Source: an uncultured delta proteobacterium
GTDB lineage: Bacteria; Myxococcota_A; Polyangia; Polyangiales; Polyangiaceae
Assembly: GCA_963782055.1 (NCBI GenBank)
Contig: CAWAIF010000002.1
Span: 384,001 to 448,000 of the forward strand
Direction: 5' to 3'
DNA: 64,000 bases
Below are positions 1 through 10,323 of the stretch, in pieces. How positions within the stretch are numbered: the stretch's first letter is position 1; each line of letters begins with the position of its first letter. The notes beneath the pieces were generated by a model that made no database searches, was not told the DNA's origin, and saw only the letters and a list, made by a program, of their open reading frames with translations. The position numbers and the translations under genes were made by a program.

Positions 1-3
1 GTC

Positions 4-285
4 ATGCCCGTCAAACGCCTCCTCGACTCGGTGATCTTCGGTCTGGGCTCCTCGGCGGGCGCAAAGCTCCTCGACGAGCTGGAGGAGAAGCTCGTCGGCA
101 AGGAAGAGACGGAGGAGCAGCGGGCCGAGCGCGAGAAGAAGGAGCGCAAGGAGCGGGAGCGCGCGGAGAAGCTCGCGGCGAAGGAGGCGAAGAAGGCCGT
201 CGAGACGCGCAAGAAGGAGAAGGCGCGCGCCGAGGCGGAGGTGGACGAGGAGCTCGCCGCGCTGAAGAAGCGGATGAAGGGCTGA
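4..285 (+). CDS. Hypothetical small charged coiled-coil protein
   Basis: 93-aa ORF with GC3-biased codons and a long E/K/R/A-rich helical stretch. Confidence 0.7.
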   Translation: MPVKRLLDSVIFGLGSSAGAKLLDELEEKLVGKEETEEQRAEREKKERKERERAEKLAAKEAKKAVETRKKEKARAEAEVDEELAALKKRMKG

Positions 286-300
286 GCCTGCCGGCGCGCG

Positions 301-999
301 TCAGCGCCCGCGTCGGCTCGCGCCGGTGACGGTGTCCGGGACGGTGGCGGTGGTCGTGGCGGTCGGGCGGGTCGTCGGCGGCGGGCGGGTCGTCGGCGGC
401 GGGCGGGTCGTCGGCGGCGGGCGGGTCGTCGGCGGCGGCTTGGTGGTGATGGCGGTGGGGCGCGGCGGGGTGCTGGTGGGTCGGGTGGTGGCCGTGGCGC
501 TCGCCGTCGCCGACACGGTCGGCACCGGCGGCGTCTCGTGCGTCGGCTCTGCGTGACGCGGCAGCGTGGGCTTCCACGCGGTGGTCGTGTGACACTCCTC
601 GCACGTCGTCGGGAAGCGGTTCACGTGGTCGGGCGCGCCCTCGTACTCCTTGCGGTGGCACGCGACGCACGCCTTCGGCGTCCCGTGGAAGGTCGGGGGC
701 TTCGCGCTGTGGCACTTGAAGCAATCCGCCTTGGCGTGGGCGCCGGTCAGCGGCCACGCGTGATCGAGGTGCGTGGGGTGCCAGCCGCTCTGCGCGTGGC
801 ACACCCCGCACGTCGTCGGCTTCTTGCCCACGTGGTTGTGCGCGCCGCGGTAGTCCGTCATGTGGCACGAGGCGCACTGGGCGGCATCGCTCGGCTCCAC
901 GCTCGGGTGGCTGCTCGCCTGCTGGGCGAAGCCGGCGATCCCGGCGGCGGCGAGGCCCGCGGCGAGCAGCGAGGCGCCGATGCGCAGGCGGAGGCTCAC
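301..999 (-). CDS. Secreted pentaheme c-type cytochrome with Pro/Thr-rich tail
   Basis: Signal peptide; five CxxCH motifs (CASCH, CGVCH, CFKCH, CVACH, CEECH); start abuts the NOX gene stop. Confidence 0.85.
   Translation of the reverse strand: MSLRLRIGASLLAAGLAAAGIAGFAQQASSHPSVEPSDAAQCASCHMTDYRGAHNHVGKKPTTCGVCHAQSGWHPTHLDHAWPLTGAHAKADCFKCHSAKPPTFHGTPKACVACHRKEYEGAPDHVNRFPTTCEECHTTTAWKPTLPRHAEPTHETPPVPTVSATASATATTRPTSTPPRPTAITTKPPPTTRPPPTTRPPPTTRPPPTTRPTATTTATVPDTVTGASRRGR
365..436. repeat. 18-bp tandem repeat x4 (GGGCGGGTCGTCGGCGGC) encoding PPPTTR
   Basis: Four exact copies read directly inside the cytochrome tail. Confidence 0.9.
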
Positions 1000-1000
1000 G

Positions 1001-2978
1001 TCAGAACCTCTCCTCGCGGAAGGTCATGCCGAGGCGCGCGCAGATGGGCCGCAGCTTCGCCGCGAGCCCGGGCGGTCCGCAGAAGAAGACGTCGACGGGC
1101 TCGCTCGGGTGCCAGCGGGCAACGTCCTTCAGCATGCCCTCCCAGTCCGGCGGGCCGATGTGCGTGTGCGTCCGCAGGCCGGTGATGAGGTCGCTGCGGC
1201 CGGCGGCGTGCATCACCTCCCGCGCCAGCTCGACGCCCAGCGCGGTGACGCCGGCGCCGCGGCCGTTCATGCAGAGGTGGACGTCCAGCAGGTTCTCCCG
1301 GTCCTCCTGCTCCAGCCGCGCGAGCAGCTCGCGGAACCACTCGAAGGAGTACTGGTCGCGGTTGAGCCAGAAGAAGTGGACCTTGCGCAGCGCGCTGGGC
1401 CGCCGGCTGTCGCCGTTGCGTCGCAGCACCAGGCTCTCCAGCACGCTGGCGAAGGGGGTGACGCCGATGCCGGCGCCGATGAGCACGGCGTTCTTGGCCT
1501 CGAAGATGTGCGCGCTGGGCGAGCCGTACGGCCCGTCGACGTACGCCACGAGACCCGCGCCGCCGCCGCGCTCCACCACCCGCCGGAGCGCGGCGCTCCA
1601 GTTGCCGAGCGAGCGGACGTGGACGGTGAGGGTATCGCGCTCCGGCGCGCTGCTGAGGGTGAAGGGGTGCCACTCGCGCCTGGCGATGGCGGGGATGCGC
1701 AGGAAGACGTAGTCGCCTGCGGCGAAGTCGAACCCCTGCGGCTTCTCCAGCTCCAGGCGCGTGACGCCGGAGCGCAGCGCCTCGCTCGCGACCACCGGCG
1801 TGGCGGGCGCGCGGCGGAAGAGGCGCAGCACGTGCTCCACGCCGAACCCGGCGATGGGCACGCCCGCCCAGAGGAGGAAGGACGGCGCGTGGGCGACGGC
1901 CAGGACGAACCACGCCACGTAGAGCAGGTGGGTGAAGTAAAAGAGCTCGAAGTGCCTGCTGCGGCGGATGAAGGAGAGGGAGAAGACCCACATCACCGCG
2001 AAGACGAGGAGGAGGGCGACCCCGGTACCGCCGCGCAGGCTCGCGACGAAGCCCCACACCGGCGACGACGCGTGGCCCGTCGCGTAGGCGACGACGAAGG
2101 CGGCCGCGTGCGCGACCGAGATGCCGAAGAGGCTGTGGCCGACGAGCCGGTGGAAGTCGATCGAGTCGTCGATGGGAATGACCTTGCCGAGCCACGAGGC
2201 GCGCACGCGCGTGAGCAGGCGCCGCATCATCGGCAAGAGGATGAGCGCGCCGTTCAGGTCGGCGCACTTGCCGAGGGCGCGGCCGAGGTGCGCGGCGGGG
2301 TCCGGGGCGAGGGTGGCGTCGGTGAGCATGGCCCACACGAAGACCGCGCCGTTGGCCAGCACCCACAGCGTGACGAAGAGGGCGGGCAGCCAGCCGTACT
2401 CCGAGGTTTGCGCGGCGATGCTCGTCTGTCCGGCGCGCGCGTCCAGCCACGCGAGGAGGTCCTCGTTGGGCGCGATCCAGAATCGCCTCGCTGCGGGTCA
2501 TCTTGTCGAGCAAGGCCGGGCGCTTGCGCACGACCGCCTCCAGCTCGTCGAAGGTGATGAAGCCGTCCTTGTTCTTGTCAGCCGCCCAGAAGAGGACCCG
2601 CGCGAGCTGCTCCGGCGGCTGCGTCGCGCGGGCGACGTCGCTCTCGCCGAGGCTGAGGGTGATCATCCGCAGCATCTCCTCCGGGGTGATGCGGCCGTCG
2701 CCGTCGTGGTCGTGCACGCGGAAGGCGAAGAGGAGCTTCTCGCGCTCGGTGCCGAACACGAGCTTGCGCACGCCCTCGAGGAACTCGGCCTTGTCGATGC
2801 TGCCGTCGCCGTTCTTGTCGAAGACGGCGAGCACGCGGCGCGCGAGGTAGTCGCTCCGGAGCCCCAGGGCCTTGCGCAGCTCCTGGAGGTCGATCCGGGC
2901 GTCGGCTCCGGCGTGGTGCGCGAAGGAGCGCTCGAGCATGGACAGGAGACGCCTGTCGACGTGGCTGGCGTCGCTCAT
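1001..2978 (-). CDS. EF-hand-containing NADPH oxidase (NOX5-like ferric reductase family); one-base frameshift near 2481
   Basis: EF-hands DKNGDGSIDKAEF, DHDGDGRITPEEM, DKNKDGFITFDEL; heme His pairs FHRLVGHSLFGISVAH and THLLYVAWFVLAVAH; HPFTLSS, DGPYG, GAGIGVTPF, FFCGP, terminal EERF. Removing one base at 2481-2482 joins the two frames. Confidence 0.88.
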
Positions 2979-2979
2979 C

Positions 2980-3507
2980 TCAGAAGCTGGAGTCTTTCGC
3001 GCTCACGCAGTCGCTGACGTCGGTCTGGCCCGCGAGCCAGGAGGTGATGCAGCGGTCCTGCGGATCGCCATCCTGCCATAGGGTGTTGCCCTTGTGATGC
3101 TCGGCGCCGCGAGCTTTACGAACCAGGGTGAGGCGATCTGGCTCTGCGCCTCCCTGATTGACCACGTTGGTCATCACCTCCGGCTCCAGGCCGACGACCG
3201 AGGCATAGTCCTCGTCGTACTCGGCCTCCGTGGTCTGGCCTTGCGAGACGGGTTTGTCGCTGGGGTCCAGGCGCAGGCCGATGTTGCCGTAGAGGCGGAG
3301 GTTGCGCTGGGCCGACCCGTGGCAGTCCAGCGTGCCGCAGCGCTTGACGAGCAGGTCAGCGACGGGCGGGAAGGTGGCGCGGTCGGGGAGGGCCTCCGTC
3401 GTGCGGGAGTCGACCGGCGGCGCCGAGCAGGAGAGGGCGACGCCGGTGGCGAGCACCGCCAGCAGGACGCCCAGCCGGGGGAGCGTCAGCATGCTCGCGT
3501 GCTTCAT
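2980..3507 (-). CDS. Lipoprotein with atypical heme motif (CGTLDCH)
   Basis: ATG at 3507, lipobox-like ALSC, Cx4CH motif; coupled to neighbours. Confidence 0.75.
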   Translation of the reverse strand: MKHASMLTLPRLGVLLAVLATGVALSCSAPPVDSRTTEALPDRATFPPVADLLVKRCGTLDCHGSAQRNLRLYGNIGLRLDPSDKPVSQGQTTEAEYDEDYASVVGLEPEVMTNVVNQGGAEPDRLTLVRKARGAEHHKGNTLWQDGDPQDRCITSWLAGQTDVSDCVSAKDSSF

Positions 3508-4004
3508 GGGGCCACCCCACCGGGCGGAATGTAAACGTGGCCGGGCGACGCGGGGCCGGCCGGGTCGAAGTGGCAGGCAGCGCACGCGCCGTTGCGTCCG
3601 ACGTCGGCGGTCATGCTGGTGGTGACCCCGCCGTAGGTCACCGCGACCTTCATCGGGTAGACCGGCTGGTACTCGTGCGGCAGCACGTAGAAGTTGCCCG
3701 CCTGGTTGGTCGTCGCGTCGAAGGAGTTGCCCTGGCTGTCGGTGAGCGTCACCGTCGCGCCGTTGGCCGCCTGCAGGTCGTTCGCGTTGACGTAGACCGT
3801 CCCGGCCACGCTGAAGCCCGGCGGATTGCCGACGCTCCCGTCGTGGCAGAGCAGGCACGGCTGGCCCGGCCGGTGGAGCGGCCCGTGAGGCACGCCCGGC
3901 GCCTCTCCGCCCAGGGCCGAGATGGCATCGTCGCGCACCGGATCGCACGAGCCGGCGAGCGCCAGCGCGCAGAGGGCCAGGCCGAGCGCCGTGACCGTTC
4001 TCAT
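3504..4004 (-). CDS. Diheme c-type cytochrome lipoprotein with beta-sandwich (carboxypeptidase-regulatory-like) domain
   Basis: ATG at 4004, lipobox-like AGSC, CLLCH and CAACH motifs. Confidence 0.8.
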   Translation of the reverse strand: MRTVTALGLALCALALAGSCDPVRDDAISALGGEAPGVPHGPLHRPGQPCLLCHDGSVGNPPGFSVAGTVYVNANDLQAANGATVTLTDSQGNSFDATTNQAGNFYVLPHEYQPVYPMKVAVTYGGVTTSMTADVGRNGACAACHFDPAGPASPGHVYIPPGGVAP

Positions 4005-5329
4005 AGCGCCGCCTCCAGCGAGATGGACCCGACCATCGACAGGCGCTGCGTGAGGTAGATGTCGTCGAGGTACTGCGTGGAGGTGAGGTTGAAGTCGACG
4101 CCCAGCATCCACGCGTGAGGATCGTCGCTGCGGCCGAGACCGGTGCGGAAGCTGGCGCCGCCGGTGAAGTTGAGCAGCGGACCCAGCTCGCGGTTACCGG
4201 TGCGCAGGGCGGGGTAATCGAACCCTGGCCGCATCACGTACGCGCGCTGCCAGAAGTTCACCGGCGTCTGGCCGTAGAAGCGGAGGTGCGGGCCGAGCTC
4301 CAGGCGGCGCGTGAGGTCGAACAGCCACCGGGCGTCGGTGGTCGTCGCCTTGAGGCCCCACGTGTCGACGTAGGCGCGCTGGTCGAGGCGCAGCGTGGAG
4401 GTGTGGAAACGGTGCGCCCAGCGCATGGAGACGGCGTAGCGGTCGCGGGTGTCCGGGAGCTGCTCGAGGGCGCGCTCGGAGAGACGCAGGCGGGTGACGT
4501 CGGCGACGGACGCGCCGCGCGGCACCACCACGCCGGGCGCGAAGAGCGGCACGTAGCGGTAGGGCTTTGACGGGTCGCCGTACTCGATCATCACGTCGGC
4601 CACGACCGAGAGCACCGTCGCGCGGTCCACCACCAGCGTCATGCCGCCCTTGATGGCGTCGCGGTCCAGGACGCGCGCGAAGACGGAGAAGGGCGTGCCC
4701 GAGCGGCCGGCGATGTCGTGGAGGTGGCTGTAGCCGAGGAGCAGGGTGAGGTTCTTCTCGAAGAGATCCTGCGTGACGGTCGCGCCGCCCATGACCGACG
4801 TGTAGTCCGGCTCGAAGGACAGCGCGGTGTTGGCGGCGACGCCGAAGGTGTGCGGCTTGAACGCGGCGTCCAGCGTGCCCGCGTGCCGCACCTCGACGAA
4901 GGGGGGAGAGGCGGTCGACACGACGTCAGCGGACGCAGCGGACACGACGTCGACCAGGTAGCGGCCGTTGACGCTCCAGCCGGCGACGGCGTTGGTGAGG
5001 CCCCCGGCGATGGATGGCGTCAGGACGTAGACGTTGTCGGAGTCGAGGTAGCCGGCCACGTCCATGGACGCGGTGACGTCCACGGCGTGCTCGACGACCG
5101 ACGTCGCCTTGGCGGTGCGCTCCTCCGGGCTGCCCAGGTGCAGCTCGGCGCGCGGGTGGCCGCCGGGGTCGGTGCTGGAGGGCGACTGCGCGCGCGCGGT
5201 CCCCCTGTGGAGCAGGCACGCGAGGACGGCGAGCAGGACGAGGGCGGAGCGCGCTGCCCCGGGGCTGAGCCGGCTACCTCTTCGGGCCGTCGGCCCGCGC
5301 TCCGCGCGCGACCTCAGTTGCAGCCACAC
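4001..5329 (-). CDS. DUF3570-like outer-membrane beta-barrel protein
   Basis: DVVSAAS motif and amphipathic strands; GTG start (VWLQL) overlaps the GGGCGCN end of the DUF4266 gene as is typical; start approximate. Confidence 0.75.
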   Translation of the reverse strand: MWLQLRSRAERGPTARRGSRLSPGAARSALVLLAVLACLLHRGTARAQSPSSTDPGGHPRAELHLGSPEERTAKATSVVEHAVDVTASMDVAGYLDSDNVYVLTPSIAGGLTNAVAGWSVNGRYLVDVVSAASADVVSTASPPFVEVRHAGTLDAAFKPHTFGVAANTALSFEPDYTSVMGGATVTQDLFEKNLTLLLGYSHLHDIAGRSGTPFSVFARVLDRDAIKGGMTLVVDRATVLSVVADVMIEYGDPSKPYRYVPLFAPGVVVPRGASVADVTRLRLSERALEQLPDTRDRYAVSMRWAHRFHTSTLRLDQRAYVDTWGLKATTTDARWLFDLTRRLELGPHLRFYGQTPVNFWQRAYVMRPGFDYPALRTGNRELGPLLNFTGGASFRTGLGRSDDPHAWMLGVDFNLTSTQYLDDIYLTQRLSMVGSISLEAAL

Positions 5330-5529
5330 CCACCCCCGGCCTCGAAGCCCCCGCCCGTCGCGCCCTCCTGCACGGCGCGCACGTGCGCCTCGCTCGGGCC
5401 GGCCATGTCGGACGTCGTCATCGACGGATGAGCCAGCCGGCCGCGCTCGTAGGGCGCGACACCGGCACAGCCGGTCGTTGCCAGCACCATGAGAACGATG
5501 AGCATCCACCATGCGATCGAGCGAGCCAT
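5314..5529 (-). CDS. DUF4266-family small lipoprotein
   Basis: PYERGRLAHPSM and C-terminal GGGCGCN signature. Confidence 0.85.
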   Translation of the reverse strand: MARSIAWWMLIVLMVLATTGCAGVAPYERGRLAHPSMTTSDMAGPSEAHVRAVQEGATGGGFEAGGGCGCN

Positions 5530-5566
5530 GCCGCATGAGGAAGTGCCCCATGGCCAGCTGAAGCAG

Positions 5567-5581
5567 GCGAACGCCGTGCCA
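5567..5581 (-). promoter_or_regulatory. Putative sigma54 (-24/-12) promoter of the DUF4266-to-cytochrome operon
   Basis: Minus strand TGGCACGGCGTTCGC, exact GG-N10-GC spacing, about 40 bp before the first gene. Confidence 0.65.
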
Positions 5582-5666
5582 CTTTTGCGATGGGATGCCT
5601 GGAACGGGGGGGAGTTGGGTACTTCTTTCATCGTAGCTCCTGATTTCGTTGCGCCGACCACCCTCG

Positions 5667-6410
5667 ATGTTCTTGCCAACTGTTGTAGAGCTGGCGCGCC
5701 GTTTGCGGCCGCTGGTGCTATCTTGCGCATGCGCCGCCTTCGCGCTCGCAGCTCGACCGGTGATGGCCGCCGGCGGCGACCTCCCCGCAGGGAGCCCGGC
5801 CGTGGGAAACGACGAGCCGCCGTCGTCGCCGCCGAAGAAGAAGCCGGCGACGGTGGACTGGGAGCTGGCGGGAAACGCCGGGTACCTCTCGGCGCCCATC
5901 CGCGGGGGGACCACGCCGTTCGGCTTCGGGTTCGGCGCGCGCTTCGGGATGATCGTCACCGGCGCCTACTTCGGCGTGAACGTGGTCGACTACCTCGGCG
6001 GCACCGACGTGACGCTCTCCGACAGCGCGCTGCTGTTCGGCGGTGAGATCGGCTACGGCGTGGTGCTCCACGAGTTCGAGAGCTTCCACGGCACGCTGGT
6101 GCTGCGGCCGCTCGTCGGCGTGGGCAACGCGGCGGTCTCGCACACCGACCCCGCCACCGTCCAGAACGCCAAGCCCGACGTCGTCACCACCGCGAGCGGC
6201 CGCACAGTGACGCGCGGTGCCCCCTCCGACACGACCACCGTCGACAACGTCTACGTGCGACCGGCGCTCGCGCTCATGCTGGTCACCGGCTGGCACTTCG
6301 CCGCGCTGGAGGGCAGCGCGCTCGTCATCCCGGGCATCAGCTACGGCGGGGCCGACCCGACGAGCTGGATCTCCTACGGCGGCCAGCTCCAGCTCGGTCT
6401 GCGCTTCTGA
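5667..6410 (+). CDS. Hypothetical outer-membrane beta-barrel-like protein
   Basis: Signal peptide, alternating strands, terminal GLRF; start uncertain. Confidence 0.6.
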   Translation: MFLPTVVELARRLRPLVLSCACAAFALAARPVMAAGGDLPAGSPAVGNDEPPSSPPKKKPATVDWELAGNAGYLSAPIRGGTTPFGFGFGARFGMIVTGAYFGVNVVDYLGGTDVTLSDSALLFGGEIGYGVVLHEFESFHGTLVLRPLVGVGNAAVSHTDPATVQNAKPDVVTTASGRTVTRGAPSDTTTVDNVYVRPALALMLVTGWHFAALEGSALVIPGISYGGADPTSWISYGGQLQLGLRF

Positions 6411-6451
6411 CGGACGTTGATCCGCCGCACGGCCGGGATTACTATCCCGGT

Positions 6452-7009
6452 ATGTATAGTTCTTCGCGCCTCGGGCTCGTGATCGCGTCGGGGACGGTGG
6501 CGGTGGTGATGACCGCGGCGTGCGGCTCCTCGCCGGCGGTGAGCGCCACCCTCGCCGACGCGTCCTTCGCCACCTCCGGAGGCAACCTCTTCAACTGCAC
6601 CACGCCCTCCCGCCCGGCGACGGCACGGTCGGTTTCGACCGACGGCATGGAGTGCTCGCCGAAGCGCGCGGCCGACGGCAGCTTCACCACGACCCCGGTA
6701 ACCGAGATCTTCAAGATCGGGTGCGGCGACGGCCATGGCGCGTTCTTGACCCTCACGTGCGCCGGCGACGGCAAGACGCGGGTCGTGAGCGGCACGGCCA
6801 CACTTTCCCTCCTGGGGAGCTGCGACACGCCGAAGCAGCCACCGACGAGCGGCCAGACCTTCACCTTCACCGACCTGGCCCCCGGGGACACGCAGTCCCA
6901 GCCGCTGTCCGACTGCGCCGCGTTCTCCAACTTCTGCACGGTCTCCGACCCGTGCGCCTTCAACGAGCTGAAGGCCAGCGTCAGCATCACCAACCCCTCG
7001 CAGCCCTGA
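6452..7009 (+). CDS. Hypothetical lipoprotein
   Basis: Lipobox TAAC, GC3 bias. Confidence 0.65.
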   Translation: MYSSSRLGLVIASGTVAVVMTAACGSSPAVSATLADASFATSGGNLFNCTTPSRPATARSVSTDGMECSPKRAADGSFTTTPVTEIFKIGCGDGHGAFLTLTCAGDGKTRVVSGTATLSLLGSCDTPKQPPTSGQTFTFTDLAPGDTQSQPLSDCAAFSNFCTVSDPCAFNELKASVSITNPSQP

Positions 7010-7066
7010 GCCGCCCCCACACAAAGCCTCCCCGCATTTCGCTCGCTGGCGCATGATCGGCTCACC

Positions 7067-7645
7067 ATGCTGCCGCACCTCTATGCACTCCTGCTGCACC
7101 CCGGGATCCCGCTGGCGGAGAAGGTCTTCCGCACGGCGGTCGTCTACGTCTTCCTCCTGGTGAGCCTGCGGCTCGCCGGCAAGCGCGAGCTGGGACAGCT
7201 CAACGCCTTCGACCTCGTCGTCCTGCTGCTGCTCGCGAGCACGCTGCAGAACGCCATCATCGGGCCGGACAACTCCGTCGTCGGTGGCGTCGTGGGGGCG
7301 ACGACGCTGCTCGTCGTCAACTACGCGATGGTGCGCTTCCTCTACCGCCACCAGAAGCTGGAGCACCTCATCGAGGGCGACGCCGACGTCCTCATTCACC
7401 GCGGCCACGTCATCGACAAGAACCTGGCGCGCGAGCTCATCACCCGCGACGAGCTGGAGGCGGCGGCGCGCCGGCAGGGCATCGCCCGCCTCGAGCTGGT
7501 GGAGGAGGCGCGCATCGAGGTGGGGGGCGCGCTCACCTTCTGCGAGTGGACGCCCACCGAGGACCAGCGCCACCACGCCGAGCTGATGAACCGCCTGGCG
7601 CGGATGGAGTCACTGCTGACGAAGCTGGCGACCGAGCGCCCCTGA
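7067..7645 (+). CDS. DUF421/YetF-family membrane protein
   Basis: GKRELGQLNAFDLVVLLLLA motif and three TM segments. Confidence 0.85.
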   Translation: MLPHLYALLLHPGIPLAEKVFRTAVVYVFLLVSLRLAGKRELGQLNAFDLVVLLLLASTLQNAIIGPDNSVVGGVVGATTLLVVNYAMVRFLYRHQKLEHLIEGDADVLIHRGHVIDKNLARELITRDELEAAARRQGIARLELVEEARIEVGGALTFCEWTPTEDQRHHAELMNRLARMESLLTKLATERP

Positions 7646-7747
7646 GTCCCAGGCGGCGCGTCGCTTCCTGCTCGTCCTGGCGCCGTGGTCGCCTGCAAAG
7701 GGCGTGGGGCCGTTGGCCGGCGCCACGTGCAACGCTATCATGAGAGG

Positions 7748-8299
7748 ATGAACGCTCGCGTCTTGCTTGGCTTGTGGCTGGTGTTCAACATGGGCTGCTC
7801 CGGCGACAGCTTCTCCGGCAAGGATGGCGGTGGCGGCGACGCGTCGATCGCCGACGGCGGGCAGGACGACGGAGGCGGTGGCGACGTCGCCGACTCGGGT
7901 GACGGTGGCGTCATCGACGCCGGGCCGCGCGCGATCCCGTGTGGCGGCCAGAGCGAGTGCGGCGGACAGGACCGCGTGTGCTGCGCCAATCCGGACTGGA
8001 GCAAGACCAGCTGCGTCGCCGCTCAGGACACGACGCATTGCGCGGGCTACCTGACCTGCGTCGACAGCCGGGATTGCCCCGTGCAGGGTCACGTTTGCTG
8101 CGCCAAGGTCACCGCTCCCACGCCGAACGCGGTCACAGTGGATTCCACGAGCTGCGTCCCAGCCAGCAAGTGCGTTGTACCGGACGTGGTTCTCTGCGGG
8201 GCCGGCGCCAACCCGAACAACAAGGACTGCCCGACGCCGACGACCTGCAAGCCCAACACCGACGGCGGCCCGCCCTGGGTGGGCGTCTGCAGCCTCTGA
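7748..8299 (+). CDS. Cys-rich secreted lipoprotein
   Basis: Lipobox MGC, D/G linker, many Cys. Confidence 0.65.
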   Translation: MNARVLLGLWLVFNMGCSGDSFSGKDGGGGDASIADGGQDDGGGGDVADSGDGGVIDAGPRAIPCGGQSECGGQDRVCCANPDWSKTSCVAAQDTTHCAGYLTCVDSRDCPVQGHVCCAKVTAPTPNAVTVDSTSCVPASKCVVPDVVLCGAGANPNNKDCPTPTTCKPNTDGGPPWVGVCSL

Positions 8300-8329
8300 C
8301 GCCTTCTTCTCGGTCGCTGGTGGCGCGGC

Positions 8330-8890
8330 CTACTTGCAGCCGTCCCCGGTGCACGCGCATCCCCCGCCCGAGCAGTCGGTGAAGGAGCACGTCGCGCCGC
8401 TCCCGCAGCTCAGCGAGCAGCCACCCTGCGAGCAGGAGACCGCGCACGTGGACCCCGAAGCGCAGGCGGTGAAGCAGCCGCCGCCGGAGCAGCGGACCGT
8501 GCAGTTGCCGTCCTTCGGGCAGGAGGTGTTGCAGCCACCCCCCGAGCAGTCCACCTCGCACGGGCCGGGCCCGCAGTAGCCGACGCACTTGCCGCCCGAG
8601 CAGCCGAGCGTGCACTCCCCGGTCGGCGCGCAGACCAGCGCGCAGTTGCCGCCGGAGCAGTCCATGTCGCAGGGGGCGCTGGCGCACTGCGAGCTGCATC
8701 CGCCGTTGGAGCAGTCGCACGCGCCGGGGTCGCAGGCGGTCGGCGTGCGCGCGGGGCCGCCGTCGGGCAGCGTGTCGGGCACCGTGGGGCCACCGTTCGG
8801 CCCGCTGGTGTCGCCACCTCCGCCGCAGGCGGCGGCGGCCGCCACGCCCACGGCGAGCGCGACGAGGCTGGAGAGGAGGCGCGCCTTCAT
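8330..8890 (-). CDS. Cys-rich repeat lipoprotein (CSGGxC repeats)
   Basis: Lipobox AAAC, repeated CSGG-C units. Confidence 0.7.
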   Translation of the reverse strand: MKARLLSSLVALAVGVAAAAACGGGGDTSGPNGGPTVPDTLPDGGPARTPTACDPGACDCSNGGCSSQCASAPCDMDCSGGNCALVCAPTGECTLGCSGGKCVGYCGPGPCEVDCSGGGCNTSCPKDGNCTVRCSGGGCFTACASGSTCAVSCSQGGCSLSCGSGATCSFTDCSGGGCACTGDGCK

Positions 8891-8967
8891 CGCCCGCGAG
8901 CGTACCACGGGGACAGGCGGGCGCCGTGGTCCGGGTCGCCCTCGCCTGGTACGCTCGACGCGACGTC

Positions 8968-10221
8968 ATGCAGCCCCTCGCCTACCGCCGCGCGCTAGAA
9001 GCCGCGGCCAAGGTCGCGCTGGTGCTCGGCGCCGCCGGGTGCGACGCGGAGGCCACGGCACCCGAGCCCGACGCCTCGCCGCCACCCTCGTGCGTGATCG
9101 ACGACGCGTGGAAGGACGTCGGCTTCGACGCCTCGGCCGACGTCTTCGTGTCGCCGCCTCCCGGCGTCGCGGTCGACGACGCGGGCTGGGGGTGCTGCCT
9201 GGCCGCGGTCTACCCGCGAGTGGAGCTGGACGGCGGCGTGGCCAAGCTGGACGACGCCGGCGATCCGGACCTGATGGCGTGCTGTCGGGTCATCGAGCTC
9301 GGCTCGAAGGATCACGAGGACCCCAACGCCACGCGCTGGCTCGTCGACCTGCTCGCCTGCTGCGACGCGACCGGCGATCCGGTGAGCACCTGCGACCTCT
9401 GGGGGCCGCCTCCGCCGCCGTCGACGCGCCCGTCCCGGCGGCGCCGTCGCGCCCTGCGGGTGGACCTGCGCCGCACCGCGCGCCGGCTCGCCCCGGCGAT
9501 CCCTGCGGCCCGGTCCGCGCGCCTTCGCGACGCCGCGGTGCGGACGTGGCGCGGACGCATGTTCCACGAGCACGTCTCCTCCGCGGTCTTCGTGGCGCTC
9601 GCCGCGCAGATGCGCGGCGCGGGCTTCGCCGAGAGCCAGGTGCGCGCCTGCGCGGGCTTCGCGCGGGAGGAGCGGCGTCACGGCGTGCTCTGCGGCGCCG
9701 TCGTCGAGGCCCTGGGCGCCGACGCGATCCACGAGGGCGCCGCCCCACCGCCCGTCCCCCGCCACGGCGGCGTCTCGGCGCGCGAGGCCGTCGTGATGAA
9801 CCTGCTGAGCATCGGGTGCATGAGCGAGACGGTGGCCGTCGCCCTCATCGCGGCGGAGCGTGAGCAGATGCCCGCCGGACCGCTGCGGGATCTGCTCACG
9901 CGCATCTGGGCCGACGAGATCGGCCACGCGCGCTTCGGCTGGCGGGTGGTGGCCTCCGAGCTCGCGGGGATGGACGGCGCCGCCCGCGGTCGCGTCGCCG
10001 CGTATTTGCCGCACGCGTTCGAGCACCTGCTCTTGCACGAGCTGGCGCACCTGCGACCCGGCAGCCCCATCGCGGGGGGAGAGGCGCTGGGCGTGTGCGA
10101 CGGCGGGGCGGCGCGCCGGCTGTTCCTGGACGTGGTCGGCCGGGTGATCGTCCCCGCCCTGGAGTCCGCAGGGATGCCCGCGCGGCGCGCGTGGAAGCAG
10201 GCGCTCGCGCAGGTGGCGTAG
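8968..10221 (+). CDS. Ferritin-like domain protein with N-terminal lipoprotein-like region
   Basis: EERRH and DEIGH di-iron-type motifs, GCMSET. Confidence 0.7.
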   Translation: MQPLAYRRALEAAAKVALVLGAAGCDAEATAPEPDASPPPSCVIDDAWKDVGFDASADVFVSPPPGVAVDDAGWGCCLAAVYPRVELDGGVAKLDDAGDPDLMACCRVIELGSKDHEDPNATRWLVDLLACCDATGDPVSTCDLWGPPPPPSTRPSRRRRRALRVDLRRTARRLAPAIPAARSARLRDAAVRTWRGRMFHEHVSSAVFVALAAQMRGAGFAESQVRACAGFAREERRHGVLCGAVVEALGADAIHEGAAPPPVPRHGGVSAREAVVMNLLSIGCMSETVAVALIAAEREQMPAGPLRDLLTRIWADEIGHARFGWRVVASELAGMDGAARGRVAAYLPHAFEHLLLHELAHLRPGSPIAGGEALGVCDGGAARRLFLDVVGRVIVPALESAGMPARRAWKQALAQVA

Positions 10222-10323
10222 ATAGACGAGCGCCAGCCACGCGCGCCGCGCCTATCTGCCCCGGCGCGCCGCTTTTACGCCGGAAAGTGGTCCTCGCCGG
10301 CGGCGGCGCCCTAGCCTGAATCC

